From an uncultured Methylomirabilota bacterium (GTDB taxonomy: Bacteria; Methylomirabilota; Methylomirabilia; Methylomirabilales; 2-02-FULL-66-22), in NCBI GenBank assembly GCA_963845565.1, contig CAWJSJ010000001.1, positions 160,001 through 224,000 of the forward strand: a stretch of DNA of 64,000 bases, read 5' to 3'. Both the position numbers and the translations under genes were made by a program. Below are positions 19,153-28,687 of this stretch, piece by piece (the first letter of the stretch is position 1; every line of letters begins with the position of its first letter). Under the pieces are notes generated by a model. The model did not search any database and had not been told where the DNA came from. It saw only the letters and a program-made list of their open reading frames with translations.

Positions 19153-20265
19153 GTGATGATGCGCGTTTCGTCGCGTGCTCGTTGTGAGCGCTCTGCCGAT
19201 GCCGCGCATCGTCACCGCCTCCGTCTCCGCCGACCCGGACGATCCGGGGGGTTGTTTCCGCGGCGCGGCATCGCGGTCGTCTTGGCACTCTCGGCCGTGC
19301 TCGTGGGATGTGCCGCCACACCGCGGGGGGGCGACCCCAATCAGGCCATCATCGATACGGTGGCGCGCGTTCTCCCGGCGGTCGTGGACCTGGAAGCGTT
19401 CGCGACCGGGCCGGCTGTCCGCATTCTCGGCCGAGCACGCCGTGGGACAGGGGTCGTGGTCACCGACGCCGGCCACATTCTCACGGCGTCCCAGGTGGTC
19501 ATGGGTGCGGAGAAGCTGAACGTCACCTTTCCCGACGGCCGACGGGTGTCGGCTCGTCTCACCGCCCTGGATCCGGAGTCGGGACTCGCCATCGTGCACA
19601 TCCCCCCGTTCACCGGCATGGTGGTGGCGCCCATCGGCAGTTCCGCCGGTCTGAGGCTCGGACAGGCGTGCGTCGCCCTCGGCAGCCAGGGCGGGGACGT
19701 CCGTTCGGTGACCATTGGGGTCGTCAGCGCGTTCCCGCCATTCGAGGGATACTGGGAATATCGATTGGACCGTGTGATACAGACCGATGCGGCCATCCAT
19801 CCCGGCAGCTCCGGTGGCCCGCTGGTGGACGCCCAGGGGCGGGTGGTGGGGATCCTGTCGTTCAACCAGTCCGAGCTGCAGCGAGCGCACTTTGCCATCC
19901 CGGTGGATCTCGTCGCCGGCGGGAGGATGGACGAGTTGGTCCGGCACGGGCGGGTCCAGAGCCGCGCGGCCCGGCCGTGGCTCGGAACGTACACCGTGTC
20001 GGTCGACGGTGGCGTCGGCGTGGTGGCCGTGCTGCCCGGCAGTCCGGCCGAACGCGCGGGTCTCCAGCAGCGGGATCTGATCCTGCAGATCAACGGCGTT
20101 CCGGTCGATTCTCGCGGCGACTTCTATCAGGTCCTCTGGAAGGGCAAGGTCGGCGATCCCGTCGAGCTGATCGTGCGCCGCGAGGAGGACAACCTGAGTG
20201 TGACGGTCCGGGGGGAGGATCGACGGCGGTTCTACCTGTCCCCGCTCCAGGAGACGCGGCCGTGA
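19153..20265 (+). CDS. HtrA/S1C-like protease-PDZ protein with altered catalytic triad (start uncertain, probable lipoprotein)
   Basis: GTGVVV, ILTASQVV, DPESGLAIV, IQTDAAIHPGSSGGPL, PDZ SPAERAGL; lipobox VLVGC. Confidence 0.85.
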   Translation: MMMRVSSRARCERSADAAHRHRLRLRRPGRSGGLFPRRGIAVVLALSAVLVGCAATPRGGDPNQAIIDTVARVLPAVVDLEAFATGPAVRILGRARRGTGVVVTDAGHILTASQVVMGAEKLNVTFPDGRRVSARLTALDPESGLAIVHIPPFTGMVVAPIGSSAGLRLGQACVALGSQGGDVRSVTIGVVSAFPPFEGYWEYRLDRVIQTDAAIHPGSSGGPLVDAQGRVVGILSFNQSELQRAHFAIPVDLVAGGRMDELVRHGRVQSRAARPWLGTYTVSVDGGVGVVAVLPGSPAERAGLQQRDLILQINGVPVDSRGDFYQVLWKGKVGDPVELIVRREEDNLSVTVRGEDRRRFYLSPLQETRP

Positions 20266-20299
20266 TCGCGGCGGGCCGGCTCGGGAGGATGGACGGGTC

Positions 20300-21259
20300 A
20301 TGATCCTCGTCACGGGGGCCACCGGGTTCGTGGGGCGCCATCTGGTGCGGAGGTTGCTCGGCGCCGGCGAGGCGGTGCGGTGTTTCTGCCGGCCGGGGTC
20401 TTCCCGGGTCACCTGGCTGCGGTCGCAACCCGTCGAGACGGTTCTTGGTCATCTGCACGACCCCGAGAGCGTGGCGCAGGCGTGCCGTGGTGTCCGCCAG
20501 GTCGTGCATCTGGCCGCGCCCATCTTGGAAGTACGCGATGCGGTGATGGAGCAGTTCCATCGTCGGGCCACCGCCTGTCTGGTGGCGGGCGCGCGGGAAG
20601 CGCACGTCGAACGTTTCGTGACGGTGAGTCCGTTGGGGTGCGGCACGGCCGCGGGCCTGCCGTATCTCCGCAGTTGCGGGATCGCGGAGGAGTGCCTCCG
20701 GGCAAGTGGGCTTCCCTTCGCGATCCTCCAATCGTCGCTGATGTTCGGAGCAGGGGATCGCCTGATCGAGGGCAGCATTGGCCTCGTGCGACGCACCGGG
20801 CTGCAGGTCGTCCCAGGGACCGGGAAGACCATGCTGCAGCCGATCTGGGTCGGCGATGTCGTCTCGTGTCTGGTGCGCGCCCTGCGGGACGACGGGGTGC
20901 TGGATCGGACCATTCCGCTCGGCGGTCCGCAGCACCTGAGTTCCGAGGAGATCGCCGATCAGATCGGGCGGATGCTGAACCTTCCCCGGGTGAAGATCCA
21001 TCTGTCCGGCCGCGTGATGGGCTGGGCGGCGCGCCTCCTGGAGGGGTTGGGCCGCAACCCGCTGATGGGGTATCGGCACCTGGAACTCCTCGAGGTCGGA
21101 ACGATCACGGCGCCCGACGCGGTCAAACGGGCCTTCGGGTTTCAGCCGATGCCGCTGGTGGAGGGGGTGGCGTATCAACTGGGCGCCCGGCGGGACGTGG
21201 ACGCGTCCGAGCCACCGTCGGGTGTCGAGCGCCGCTCTCGAAGCCGGGATCGCCGCTGA
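20300..21259 (+). CDS. NAD(P)-dependent epimerase / atypical SDR (NDUFA9-like)
   Basis: ILVTGATGFVG Rossmann motif; LQPIWVGDV. Confidence 0.85.
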   Translation: MILVTGATGFVGRHLVRRLLGAGEAVRCFCRPGSSRVTWLRSQPVETVLGHLHDPESVAQACRGVRQVVHLAAPILEVRDAVMEQFHRRATACLVAGAREAHVERFVTVSPLGCGTAAGLPYLRSCGIAEECLRASGLPFAILQSSLMFGAGDRLIEGSIGLVRRTGLQVVPGTGKTMLQPIWVGDVVSCLVRALRDDGVLDRTIPLGGPQHLSSEEIADQIGRMLNLPRVKIHLSGRVMGWAARLLEGLGRNPLMGYRHLELLEVGTITAPDAVKRAFGFQPMPLVEGVAYQLGARRDVDASEPPSGVERRSRSRDRR

Positions 21260-21411
21260 CAGGTGGACGGGACCGGTGCGCGCCGACCCGCACCGGTCCA
21301 CCTGCCGACGTCCGCAATCGCCCTCCCGCATCGCTGGTTGCGATCCCCCCGTCCTACCGCATGCTGACGCGGCCCGGCGGTTGAACCTGCACAGGCCTGG
21401 GGAAAACGGCT

Positions 21412-22353
21412 ATGAGCGCTGCGCGCAGCCCGGTGGCCGGGGCACTCTGCTTGCTCCTGGCGGCGGCCATTTGGGGCGGGATGTACGTGGTCAGCAAGGT
21501 GGTGCTGGACTACATTCCCCCCATGACGCTCCTCGCCCTGCGCCTGGCCATCGGCGCGGCGACACTGCTGGTCGGCATGCGACTGAGCGGAGCGCCGAGG
21601 GCGCGGCGGTCGGATTGGCGAGGCTTGGCCTGGTTGGGGTTGGTGGGATACGGGGTCTCCCTGGGGGCGCAATTCATTGGGACACGGTTGTCCTCAGCGG
21701 GACACGGGGCGGTCCTCACCTCCATCACCCCGGCGTGCATTCTGCTCTTCGCCGCCCGGTTGCGCGGCGAGCGGATCACGCGCGCGCACGTGCTGGCCGT
21801 CGGGATCGCAACGGCGGGGGTGCTGCTGGTCGTCGAGTGGCCCCGAGGTTTCACGCTGGACGCCCGCGTGTTCTGGGGCGACCTTCTCCTCCTGCTGGCG
21901 GGGGTAACCTGGGCACTCTACACCGTCCGGTGCCGGATGTCCGCGGAGCGTTACCCCCCCATCACCGTGACGACCTACGCTATGGTCTTCGGTGTGTTCT
22001 GGGTGCTCCCCGCGACACCGCTGGAAGCCGGTGTGGCGTGGCGCTCGTTGGGTGTGGGCCTCTGGTGCGGGATCGCCTACCTGGGGGTGGTCTCTACGGC
22101 GGTCGCGTTCTATTTGTGGAACAAGGGCTTCACGATGCTGGATGCCGCCACCGGCTCGCTGTTCTTCTTTGCCCAACCGATCGTGGGGGCGCTGCTCGGT
22201 TGGCTGTGGCTGGGGGAGCCGCTGGGGGCGCGATTCGTGCTGGGCACGGCGGCCGTGATCGCGGGAGGTGTCCTGGCCACGTACCAGCGTTCACCCACGA
22301 CCGAGCAACGGGGCGCGGTGACGATGGCGCCGAGCGGCAAGAGGGATGGTTGA
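21412..22353 (+). CDS. EamA/DMT family transporter
   Basis: About 10 TM segments; IWGGMYVVSK, LRGERIT, WLGEPL. Confidence 0.88.
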   Translation: MSAARSPVAGALCLLLAAAIWGGMYVVSKVVLDYIPPMTLLALRLAIGAATLLVGMRLSGAPRARRSDWRGLAWLGLVGYGVSLGAQFIGTRLSSAGHGAVLTSITPACILLFAARLRGERITRAHVLAVGIATAGVLLVVEWPRGFTLDARVFWGDLLLLLAGVTWALYTVRCRMSAERYPPITVTTYAMVFGVFWVLPATPLEAGVAWRSLGVGLWCGIAYLGVVSTAVAFYLWNKGFTMLDAATGSLFFFAQPIVGALLGWLWLGEPLGARFVLGTAAVIAGGVLATYQRSPTTEQRGAVTMAPSGKRDG

Positions 22354-22497
22354 CGAACGAGCGCCGAACGCTTGCGCTTGACTTCCCGTCCGGTTGCCGA
22401 CTATTGTCCAATGCGGTGTGCTCGGCGGTGCGTTCGGTCGGCGGGGGAGTGTTATCTATTTGCGCTGCGAGCTGACCTCTTGAGATGAGGAGACCAG

Positions 22498-23271
22498 ATG
22501 TTCGCGTCACCGGGAGCCATTGTCTTCCAGTTCGGCCCGCTGGCCGTGCGGTGGTACGGTCTGCTGATCGCGTCGGGGGTCATGCTGGCAACCACGCTGG
22601 CACACCGCGAGGCGATCCGGCGCGGGCAGGATCCGGACCGACTGCTCAATCTGATCGTCATGGCGGTACTGATCGGCCTGGCGGGCGCGCGGCTCTATTA
22701 CGTGCTGTTCAACTGGGAATACTACGGGAGTCAGCCGCTGCGGATCTTTGCCATCTGGGAAGGGGGCCTGGCCATCCACGGCGGTCTGATCGCCGGGGCG
22801 GCCGCTGCCGTGTGGTATTGCCGTTCGGCGAGCCTCTCGGTCGCCGTGACGCTGGACATCCTGGCGCCCGGCGTGGCCATTGGGCAGGCCATCGGTCGGT
22901 GGGGAAACTTCTTCAACCAGGAGGCCTTCGGCGTTCCCACGGATCTGCCGTGGAAGTTGTACATCGATCCCTATTACCGACCGACGCACCTGAAGACCTT
23001 CGAGTACTTCCATCCGACGTTCCTGTACGAGTCGCTCTGGAATCTGCTGGTCTTCGGGATCCTCTGGTTCGGACTCCGGAAGCGGTTGGAGGGCAGGCCG
23101 GGGGCGTTGACACTCTGCTATCTTGGTCTGTATTCCCTGGGTCGGTTTTTCGTGGAGGGACTGCGGATCGACAGCTTGATGCTGGGGAGTCTGCGGGCGG
23201 CGCAGGCGATGAGCCTGCTCCTCGTGACGGTTGCGATCGTCGGTCTGGCGTTGATGGCGCGGAAGAAATAG
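22498..23271 (+). CDS. lgt: Prolipoprotein diacylglyceryl transferase
   Basis: VRWYG, GARLYYV, GGLAIHGG, GRWGNFFNQEAFG, HPTFLYES. Confidence 0.96.
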   Translation: MFASPGAIVFQFGPLAVRWYGLLIASGVMLATTLAHREAIRRGQDPDRLLNLIVMAVLIGLAGARLYYVLFNWEYYGSQPLRIFAIWEGGLAIHGGLIAGAAAAVWYCRSASLSVAVTLDILAPGVAIGQAIGRWGNFFNQEAFGVPTDLPWKLYIDPYYRPTHLKTFEYFHPTFLYESLWNLLVFGILWFGLRKRLEGRPGALTLCYLGLYSLGRFFVEGLRIDSLMLGSLRAAQAMSLLLVTVAIVGLALMARKK

Positions 23272-23286
23272 GCGGACATCCGGGCG

Positions 23287-23787
23287 ATGTCACGGACGGT
23301 CGGCTCCATTTTGCCGCCGCCGCTCTGGGAGCGGTTGCGGGGGAACGACTTGGCGGGGCGACTGGGGGCGGCCATCCTCATCGCAACCTCGGACGAGGCG
23401 GGATGGCCGCATCCCGCCATGCTCTCGTACGGGGAGGTGGTGGCGGTCGACACCTGCCGGATCCGCCTGGCGATCCACCCGACCAGCCGCACGGCGGCGA
23501 ACCTGCGACGCAGCGGACAACTCACCCTGTGCTGTGTCGAGGCCGGCCTCGTCTACTACGTGAAGGCTGCGGCCCGGGTGGAGGAGGATCCCATGGCGGG
23601 CATGCCGCATCTCGCGCGATTCGAGGCGACCGTGCAGACCGTGCTCGCCGACGAGGCCCGGCCAGAGACCGAGGCCGGGGCGGTCGTCACCGAGGGCATT
23701 CGTTTCGCCGTCGGCCGGCCGGCCTGGGCGGTCTTGCGCGACTGGGAAACCGTGGTGGAACGCCTGCGGGGTGACGCATGCGGCTGA
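23287..23787 (+). CDS. Pyridoxamine 5'-phosphate oxidase-like (FMN split-barrel) protein
   Basis: IATSDEAGWPH, SRTAANLRRSG. Confidence 0.7.
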   Translation: MSRTVGSILPPPLWERLRGNDLAGRLGAAILIATSDEAGWPHPAMLSYGEVVAVDTCRIRLAIHPTSRTAANLRRSGQLTLCCVEAGLVYYVKAAARVEEDPMAGMPHLARFEATVQTVLADEARPETEAGAVVTEGIRFAVGRPAWAVLRDWETVVERLRGDACG

Positions 23788-24362
23788 TCGTGGGAATCTC
23801 CGGTTCGACCGGCGCCATCTACGGGATCCGGCTGTTACAGGTCCTGCGGAATCTCCCGGACGTGGAGACGCACCTCGTCGTCTCCGCCCCGGCCAAGCGC
23901 ACCATCCTCGAAGAGACCGATTACACGATCAAAGACGTCGAGGCGCTGGCGACGCGGAGCTACGACAACCGGGACATCGGCGCGGCGCCGGCCAGCGGAT
24001 CCTTCAAGACCATCGGAATGGCCATCGTTCCGTGCAGTATCAGGACCGCGGCGGCCCTGGCCACCTCGACGGGGGATACGCTCCTGTGCCGCGCCGGGGA
24101 CGTGACCTTGAAGGAGGGGCGCCCGCTGATCGTGGGGGTGCGCGAGACGCCGCTGCACGTCGGACACCTGCGGCAGTTGACGACCTTGGCCGAACTGGGC
24201 GCGGTGATCTTTCCACCGGTGCCCGCCTTTTACGACCGGCCCACGACCCTGGACGACATCGTCAACCATACCGTGGGGCGGATCCTGGATCGACTCCGCC
24301 TCCCCCAAGATCTCGTCCGGGAATGGTCGGGAACGCAGACGCCGCCGCCCAGGTCGCCATGA
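23778..24362 (+). CDS. ubiX: Flavin prenyltransferase UbiX
   Basis: LIVGISGSTGAIYG, ASGSF, PCS, RAGDVTLKEGR, RETP, PPVPAFY. Confidence 0.94.
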   Translation: MRLIVGISGSTGAIYGIRLLQVLRNLPDVETHLVVSAPAKRTILEETDYTIKDVEALATRSYDNRDIGAAPASGSFKTIGMAIVPCSIRTAAALATSTGDTLLCRAGDVTLKEGRPLIVGVRETPLHVGHLRQLTTLAELGAVIFPPVPAFYDRPTTLDDIVNHTVGRILDRLRLPQDLVREWSGTQTPPPRSP

Positions 24363-24889
24363 CCGTCGCCGCGCGGCCCAAAGCGCGCAGGGAAGCGGCC
24401 GGCCGGCCCCGAAGGGCGGTCCCGCCGGTCGGAACGGGTGTCATTGTCTCCGGGTCGCAGGGTTCGATCGTCGAATCCGCCGGCTGCCGGTGTGTCTTCT
24501 TCACGGCAGGAGATGGGCGGCTGCGGGTGTGGGGGACGGCCTTCTTCTCGCCCGGCGGGGTGAGCGTGAACTGCGTGGGCGGGGACGGGCCGCACATCGG
24601 AGCGGTGGCAATCGGCATTCCACGTCCGAGCCTGGCCCGGCCGGGTCGCCGCAGCTCCACGACGTCGGTCTTTGCCCTGACCGGCCACAAAGAGGACGAA
24701 CTGGCCCGGTCCATGGCGAGCGACCTGGCGCGGCGCCTGGGGGTGACGGCGGTCGTCGTGGCCGGCGTACACGTCGCGCGCGCCACACGGTCCGATATTG
24801 CTGCGGTGCTGCGGAATGCGGGCGAAGCGGTCCGCGCGATCCTCGCGTCGGCCGCCCGGACTCGTCGACAGGGAAGGAGACGACCATGA
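24359..24889 (+). CDS. LpdD-like prenylated-flavin chaperone
   Basis: GGDGPHIGAVA, TTSVFALTGHKEDELA, VVVAGVH; ATGA-coupled to ubiX. Confidence 0.7.
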   Translation: MTVAARPKARREAAGRPRRAVPPVGTGVIVSGSQGSIVESAGCRCVFFTAGDGRLRVWGTAFFSPGGVSVNCVGGDGPHIGAVAIGIPRPSLARPGRRSSTTSVFALTGHKEDELARSMASDLARRLGVTAVVVAGVHVARATRSDIAAVLRNAGEAVRAILASAARTRRQGRRRP

Positions 24890-25245
24890 CACGTTGGAGT
24901 ATGGTGGGTTGCCTCGCTGCGCTCGGGGCGGCGACGGTGCTGGCCGGCCCGGCGACAGGCCGGGCCCAGGGGACGGCGCCGGCCGGCGGTGAGCAGCCCG
25001 GCCCGACGGGACGGGCGGTGACGGCCGGTGTCGGCGCGGTCGCCGGGACCGTCGTGTACTCACCCTTCAAGGCGTTCATCATGTGTCCGATGGGTGCGCT
25101 GGCCGCGGGAGCAACCTACGTCGTGACCGGGGGGGAAAAGGAGACGGCACACTACCTGCTGCGGCTGGGCTGCACCGGCACCTATCTCATCTCCCCGGCG
25201 ATGGTGCAGGGGCAGGAGGCGTTTCGACGGTACGACGAGCGCTGA
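24886..25245 (+). CDS. Hypothetical exported or membrane protein
   Basis: MTRWSMVGCLAALG signal-like start, GGAG RBS, ATGA overlap with the upstream gene. Confidence 0.6.
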   Translation: MTRWSMVGCLAALGAATVLAGPATGRAQGTAPAGGEQPGPTGRAVTAGVGAVAGTVVYSPFKAFIMCPMGALAAGATYVVTGGEKETAHYLLRLGCTGTYLISPAMVQGQEAFRRYDER

Positions 25246-25369
25246 GCCGGTGACGGATCAGGGCGGTGCGGGTGGCAGGATACGCCATCAGACGCGGGGC
25301 CGGCGGGGAGATGCCGTCGCTCGGCCGAAACACCGACCCGATCGTCGCCAGACGACGGAGACCCTCTCC

Positions 25370-25774
25370 TCACAACGCGCTCACGGTATAACGGACGTCG
25401 TCCACCTTTCCGTTCCGAAATCGCACGGTGAGGATCTTTTCCAGGCCGGCGCGGAGCGTGGTCGACGGGACGTAGTGGCGATACGACCACTCCTCGCCGG
25501 CGTTGCTGAAGACTTTGGTCTGCGGGTTGCCCATGATACCCACCACATCGGCCTGGGTGTGAACGCCGGACCGAATCAGCGGCACGCGGTTCTCGTCGAA
25601 ATCCTGCCCCTGCGTGCCGGACAGCCGTTGCGGTTCACCGCTGATCGCCGCCGCGCCGCCCACCAGGGTCATCGCGATCATCACTCCGGCACAGCCTGCC
25701 GTGGACGGCAGGGCAAATGCCAGGAGAGCGACCCGACTCCAGAGACCCATCCGCCCTGCGAGCCCGCCTGTCAT
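25370..25774 (-). CDS. BamE/SmpA-like lipoprotein
   Basis: Lipobox TAGC; IRSGVHTQADVVGIMGNP...EEWSY...LTVRFRNGKV. Confidence 0.65.
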   Translation of the reverse strand: MTGGLAGRMGLWSRVALLAFALPSTAGCAGVMIAMTLVGGAAAISGEPQRLSGTQGQDFDENRVPLIRSGVHTQADVVGIMGNPQTKVFSNAGEEWSYRHYVPSTTLRAGLEKILTVRFRNGKVDDVRYTVSAL

Positions 25775-25983
25775 TCCTGCCTCCTTCTCCGTGTCCCCTC
25801 CGCACGAGGAGACTGCCGCGCCAGGTAGTCTCGGACCATTTGGGCCAGGAGATCCTTAACCGTCGTCTCCTGCTCGAGGGCATGGATACGGAGCGCCTTC
25901 ACCAAGTCCGCCGGCAGCTTGGCCTGGAGGAGGCGTTCCGGTCCCGTCGCGACTATCGCTTTTCGACTCTGGGGCGTGCGCAT
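25771..25983 (-). CDS. Ribbon-helix-helix DNA-binding protein (ParG-like)
   Basis: LQAKLPADLVKALRIHALEQETTVKDLLAQMVRDYL; GGAGAG RBS. Confidence 0.65.
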   Translation of the reverse strand: MRTPQSRKAIVATGPERLLQAKLPADLVKALRIHALEQETTVKDLLAQMVRDYLARQSPRAEGTRRRRQE

Positions 25984-26008
25984 CGGCGGTCTCTCCACGT
26001 ATGAGAGA

Positions 26009-26051
26009 ATACTAATATTCTTCAATTATTAAAATGTCAACATAATAGTAT
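26009..26051 (-). promoter_or_regulatory. AT-rich promoter with a flanking inverted repeat (candidate RHH operator)
   Basis: Minus strand TTGACA-17-TATTAG; ATACTAATATT (26009) and CATAATAGTAT (26041) match 9/11 as inverted arms. Confidence 0.5.
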
Positions 26052-26265
26052 GCCATCATACTCTGGCACTGCTGCGCACTCCGGCCGCGAACGGGTCTGC
26101 GACGGTTTCCCCGCGCGAACGCGGGGCAGGCCGTGGGCCGGTGTGGCCGCGGCGGGGAAATCGGATTGACACTCGCGCGCGGGCGTGTTAACCAATTCCC
26201 GCGTTCCGTGCCGCGGTCCGCGCGGCGCGGGGCGACGGCGGTGCGGCCGGCGCCGGAGGGTGCGC

Positions 26266-26769
26266 GTGGATCAGTCGGGCCTGTCGTGGTATGCGCTGCA
26301 CACCCGTTCTCGGTGCGAGAAGCGAGTCCGGGCGCTGCTGGAAGCGCGGGGAATCGAGCCGTTTCTCCCCCTGGTGGAGCGGTGGCGGCAGTGGCAGGAT
26401 CGCCGGACGCTGGTGGCGTTCCCGTTGTTTCCGGGATACTGTTTCGCAAAAATTCCCCGGTCCCAGCGCGTGACGGCGCTCAGCACGCCGGGCGTGGTGC
26501 AGATCATCGGGAATCATGACGGCCCCCTGCCTGTGCCGGACGGCGAGATCGAAGCGGTCCGGCGTCTGGTGACCTGCACGCTGCCCTACGACCCGCACCC
26601 TTACCTGGACGAGGGGATGCCGGTCGAGGTCGTCCGCGGACCGCTCCAAGGCGTTCGGGGAGTGCTGGTCCGCAAGGGGTCTCGTGCGCGTCTGGTGATC
26701 CGGGTGACCCTGATCCATCAAGCCGCCTCCGTCGAGTTGGAAGCCTTCGACGTGAAGCCGGCGGACTGA
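26266..26769 (+). CDS. UpxY/RfaH-type NusG paralog (transcription antiterminator)
   Basis: WYALHTRSRCEKRV, PLFPGYCF, KOW motif GMPVEVVRGPLQGVRG; GGAGG before GTG. Confidence 0.88.
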   Translation: MDQSGLSWYALHTRSRCEKRVRALLEARGIEPFLPLVERWRQWQDRRTLVAFPLFPGYCFAKIPRSQRVTALSTPGVVQIIGNHDGPLPVPDGEIEAVRRLVTCTLPYDPHPYLDEGMPVEVVRGPLQGVRGVLVRKGSRARLVIRVTLIHQAASVELEAFDVKPAD

Positions 26770-26792
26770 CCACCATCGTCGGAAAGGAGCCT

Positions 26793-27977
26793 GTGGTGAT
26801 CATTCGCGATGTCCGTACCATTCCCGTGGAGTGCACGCTGCCCCAGCCGGTGTTCGACGCCAATTACATCATGGCAACCAAACCGGCGCTGCTGGTGGAG
26901 GTGGAGACGGACGACGGTCTCGTCGGACTGGGGGAGGCGGCTCACTTCGGCGGACCGCTCGCCTCGACCCAGGCGGTCGTGGAGGGAGAACTCCGGGCGC
27001 ACCTGATCGGCGAGGATCCGCGCGACGTCGAGCGGTTGTGGGAGCAGATGCACCAGCGGGCCTACAAGCACGCGCGCGGCGGGGTCCTGATCGCGGCCAT
27101 GAGTGGCATCGACATCGCGCTCTGGGACCTGCGCGGCAAGATGACCGGGATGCCGCTCTGGAGGCTGCTGGGCGGGTACCGGCGGCGGGTGCCCGCGTAC
27201 GCCACCGGCGGGTTCTACGCCGAGGGGAAGGGCGTGCGCGAGCTGTGCGCCGAGATGGAGGCGTATTGCCGTCATGGTTTCCGTGCGGTGAAGATGAAGG
27301 TGGGGCGCAACAGCGACATCGAGGGCAGCCCGCTTCGCGCCATGGCCCACCGCGGCGTGTGCGAAGTCTCGCTGGCGGAGGACCTGGCCCGGGTGCGGGC
27401 CGTGCGGGGGGCCATCGGACCCGACGTGCGCTTGATGGTGGACGTGAACGGCGCCTGGGACGTTCCGACGGCGGTCAAGATGGGGCAGGCGATGGAGCCG
27501 CTCGACGTCTATTGGTACGAGGAGCCGGTCTGTCCGGACGACCTGCGAGGGAGCGCCGAGGTCGCGCGGAAGCTCGCCATGCCGGTCGCGGGCTACGAGA
27601 CGTGCACGTACGGGCGGGTCGGCTTCCGAGATTACATCGCGGCCAAGGCGATCCACTTCGTGCAGCCCGACGTGGCTTGGGCGGGCGGATTGACGGAGAG
27701 TCTGAAGATCGCGCATCTGGCCCAGGCGTGGAACCTTCCGCTCGCGCCGCACATCCACGGGTCCGCGGTGGCCGTGGCGGCGGCCGCGCATTTGCTGGGC
27801 GCGCTTCCGAATGCCAGCATGGCCGAGATGGTGTTCCCGGCCCATCCCCTGATGGGGGAGCTGGTCACGGAGCCGCTCGTCGTGGATCGGACGGGGCACA
27901 TCGAGCTCAGCGACCGCCCGGGCCTGGGCCTCGAGCTCGATCCCCGTATCGTCGCGAAGTACCGGGTTGGCGCCTAG
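26793..27977 (+). CDS. Mandelate racemase/muconate lactonizing enzyme family protein
   Basis: VETDDGLVGLGE, SGIDIALWDL, KMKVG, MVDVN, WYEEP, QPDV, PGLGLE. Confidence 0.92.
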   Translation: MVIIRDVRTIPVECTLPQPVFDANYIMATKPALLVEVETDDGLVGLGEAAHFGGPLASTQAVVEGELRAHLIGEDPRDVERLWEQMHQRAYKHARGGVLIAAMSGIDIALWDLRGKMTGMPLWRLLGGYRRRVPAYATGGFYAEGKGVRELCAEMEAYCRHGFRAVKMKVGRNSDIEGSPLRAMAHRGVCEVSLAEDLARVRAVRGAIGPDVRLMVDVNGAWDVPTAVKMGQAMEPLDVYWYEEPVCPDDLRGSAEVARKLAMPVAGYETCTYGRVGFRDYIAAKAIHFVQPDVAWAGGLTESLKIAHLAQAWNLPLAPHIHGSAVAVAAAAHLLGALPNASMAEMVFPAHPLMGELVTEPLVVDRTGHIELSDRPGLGLELDPRIVAKYRVGA

Positions 27978-28016
27978 CGGGCTCCTTGGTGTAGCGCGCG
28001 ACGGAGGGACGCATCG

Positions 28017-28565
28017 ATGGCGAGGCATCGGTACCTTTGGGTGGCATGTCTGGTCCTGGGTGGCCTGGTCGGGTGCGGGCACGGCGGACCCCGCGGGATG
28101 CCGCCCCTTCAGACGGTTCCGCGGGTGGACCTGGACCGGTACCTGGGGACGTGGTATGAGATCGCCAGATACCCGCACCGCTTCCAAGCGGGCTGCGTGG
28201 GGAGCATGGCGACCTATTCGGCGCTGCCGGATGGGCGCATTCGCGTGGAAAACCAGTGCCGGGAGGGCGCACTGGACGGCCCGGTGCGCCGCGCTACCGG
28301 TGTGGCGTGGGCCGCGGCGAACGATCCCTCCAACGCCAGGCTCGAGGTCCAGTTCCTGTGGCCCTTCCGCGGCGACTACTGGATCATTGCGCTGGATCCC
28401 GACTATCGGTACGCGGTGGTCGGACACCCCTCCCGGGAGTACTTGTGGATCCTCGCGCGGCATCCGCAGCTGGAATCGGACGTGTATCAACAACTCCTCG
28501 GAACGATCGCGGCGCAGGGATACGATGTCCGCCGCCTCGAACGAACCCTCCAGTCCACGCGTTGA
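28017..28565 (+). CDS. blc: Bacterial lipocalin (Blc-like lipoprotein)
   Basis: Lipobox LVGC; DLDRYLGTWYEIARYP, GDYWI, YLWILAR. Confidence 0.9.
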   Translation: MARHRYLWVACLVLGGLVGCGHGGPRGMPPLQTVPRVDLDRYLGTWYEIARYPHRFQAGCVGSMATYSALPDGRIRVENQCREGALDGPVRRATGVAWAAANDPSNARLEVQFLWPFRGDYWIIALDPDYRYAVVGHPSREYLWILARHPQLESDVYQQLLGTIAAQGYDVRRLERTLQSTR

Positions 28566-28687
28566 CTCGCGGCAGCGAGAGGCGCGGTAGCTCTTGGGGC
28601 CAAACCGGCAATCCTCGACGCCCGGTCCGGGTGGGGGGGAAGTCAACGGACCAGAAGGCCCCATGCCGACCGGCGAGAGGATGCGGG

